From: Antedon mediterranea
Taxonomy: Eukaryota > Animalia > Echinodermata
Assembly (NCBI RefSeq): GCF_964355755.1
Contig: NC_092673.1
Coordinates: forward strand, 4,340,001-4,404,000
Reading direction: 5' to 3'
DNA length: 64,000 nt
Position 1 is the stretch's first letter. Each line of letters begins with the position of its first letter. The position numbers and the translations under genes were made by a program. The notes beneath the pieces were generated by a model. That model saw nothing but the letters and a program-made list of their open reading frames with translations, did no database searches and was not told the origin of the DNA. Positions 62,017 through 64,000 of the stretch are shown here, piece after piece.

Positions 62017-62175
62017 AGCTTTGTCTACACTATCAAACTTTATGTGAAAAAAAAATGTGATGTGCCCATATATGAACATGATGATGTCATATCACTACTA
62101 TATTTAAATATATCAACTATCATATTTGGGCACATCACACTTTTTTGTTACTAGTTTGATAGTGTAGACAAAGCT
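62017..62175. mobile_element. PIF/Harbinger-type MITE family A
   Basis: TTA|AGCTTTGTCTACACTATCAAACT...AGTTTGATAGTGTAGACAAAGCT|TTA. Confidence 0.85.
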
Positions 62176-63397
62176 TTAGAGATGGGCTTGCTAGACCCTT
62201 ACTTTGAGTGAACACATAATTGACATCTGTTTCAAAGAAATAGAATAATGTCAGAGCTTATGCAAATATCTAATTATGTCTGTAAAGTACAATATGTTTT
62301 TGAAACAGATGTTTAGACAACAACAGCATCTAATATTTTGTTTGTACAAAAACACAGGCTGAATTATATTGAATTAAAACAAACATAACACGTTCTCAAA
62401 CCATGGAAATATCAACTTCTTTCCAAAATTCTAAAACCTACTGTAGAGGGCAAACATTTTCCTACATTATAATTTTCATACATTCCCTCCCACACGTTTG
62501 TCGAAATTCTAATAAAAAGTGTGTCCTGCAGGCAGTAAATAAAAAAATATGTTTTTTTGTGGGTTCTTATCAGTGGCGTAACGTAGAGACCTAAGGATCC
62601 TGGTTTAGGAACCAAGGTTCCCTGAGACCTTGGGCGTTTGAAATATTTTAATGTCCGTTTTTTTCTTCTGGGCCCCTAGGTTTAGTCAGTGAGCGCTCAT
62701 AGTCGTTACACCACTGACCTTGACTTTGACCGTTCCCCCATCGAAACGAAGCTCTGTCATATACAAACATACAGTGGTGAAAACATAAACTCCTGGTCAA
62801 GGTAAACTAGATGTGGTAAAAAAATGATAAATATTTGGGCAACCTGATGTGAAATGAAATGTGGTATAGAAAAACATTGATTGTCTTTGATTGGACTACT
62901 GTAATGAATTGTATTTTACGTCTATACCCTAAAACGTATTACCAATTGCTGCCTGTAGCAAACATTATGCACATTATTGCTATAAAGATAATAGCTTCTC
63001 ACTTCCCTATTTGGACAATATATTATAGAGATTTGCAGCATTAAATTCTCATTATAATCATAATATTCTTCTGCAAAATAGCACTCAATAGACTTTGTTT
63101 AGTTCTTATATATATATATATATATATTCCTATTTAGATATTCAGAGTAACTTTAATGTTTAGCATGGATTTATATTATAGTAGACTGGTAATCAAAGAA
63201 GCTATAAATAATAAAGAATATTAATATAGTATAATATTTTCATTTGTAAACCATTTATACTTTATATTATTTTTATTTACTATATAATATAAGAAAAATT
63301 TAATTCACATACTATAGTAATTATTAAAATTTATATTCTAGGTAATTAATTTAAAATATAATATTTAAAATCTATTTTACTTATTTATTTCAACTAT

Positions 63398-63957
63398 TTA
63401 TTACCTCCGCCAAGGAGGTTATATTTTCACCCCTGTATGTTTGTGTGTGACGTGTGTGTGTGTCTGTGAACAGCCTGGAGGCCACAGTTTTCATTCAAAT
63501 CTGGCCAAATTTGGCCACAATGATCTATGCCCCAAAAGCTCGGACGAGTTCGATTTTAAGAGGAAAAGGTCAAGGGCAAAAGGTCATAGGTCAAGGTCAC
63601 AATTAACAAAAACTATTTTACTGCCTACAGACCACAGTTTTTATCCGATTCTCAACAAACTTAGCCACAATGATCAATGACTCAACATATAAACTTTGAA
63701 GGGTCAGGGTCAAAGATCAAGGTCCACAAAAAAAAAAAAATAAAAAAATAATTTAAAAAAAAACCTCAGCAGGAATTGAACCAGCAATCTCAACTGTGAG
63801 AGGCTGGATACATAACCATTACACCAAACTCTCATCCACAACTTTGTAGTGTGCAGTTAGCCAAATTAAAAAAAATATATATATATTTTCCAGGGACATT
63901 TTATGTAAGGGAATTTTACAGTAGGCAGAGGTTTGTACTCTCGGAGTACCCTCTAGT
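63398..63957 (+). mobile_element. Non-autonomous Helentron/DINE-like rolling-circle element
   Basis: Sub-terminal IR ACCTCCGCC/GGCAGAGGT, GT microsatellite after the 5' end, 3' hairpin GTACTC-TCG-GAGTAC, CTAGT end; tRNA-SINE fragment nested near 63766-63830. Confidence 0.7.
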
Positions 63958-64000
63958 TATGTATGTTATTACAATAATCATAATTTAAAAAAATATCTCC

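Noticed and set aside
62571-62716. hAT-like MITE (CAGTGGCGTA...TACACCACTG)
   Set aside because: Short TIR match but no matching 8-bp TSD; too weak to list as a feature.

Overview
AT-rich, intron-rich invertebrate animal genomic DNA; the taxon cannot be fixed from sequence alone. Four spliced host genes were assembled by hand from GT-AG junctions and reading frame: ZCCHC4 (28S rRNA m6A methyltransferase, minus strand, 10 exons, 7711-24317); a RIG-I-like receptor head-to-head with it (plus strand, 14 exons, 24641-36068); CLINT1/epsinR (plus strand, 37615-53294); and a PptH-like calcineurin-type metallophosphoesterase (minus strand, 59315-60399). An intact, very young Mag-clade Ty3/Gypsy element lies antisense in RLR intron 11. 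The window also has a 7-copy tRNA-His(GTG) array and many non-autonomous elements (Harbinger, MULE, Kolobok, hAT-like, Helentron-like, tRNA- and 5S-derived SINEs). The most unusual signals are a minimal hammerhead ribozyme in the probable RLR 3' UTR, an array of symmetric phase-0 micro-exons in CLINT1, a four-fold duplicated splice acceptor controlling ZCCHC4's CCHC exon, and an inverted MULE pair forming a ~1.5 kb foldback next to a kappaB-containing bidirectional promoter.
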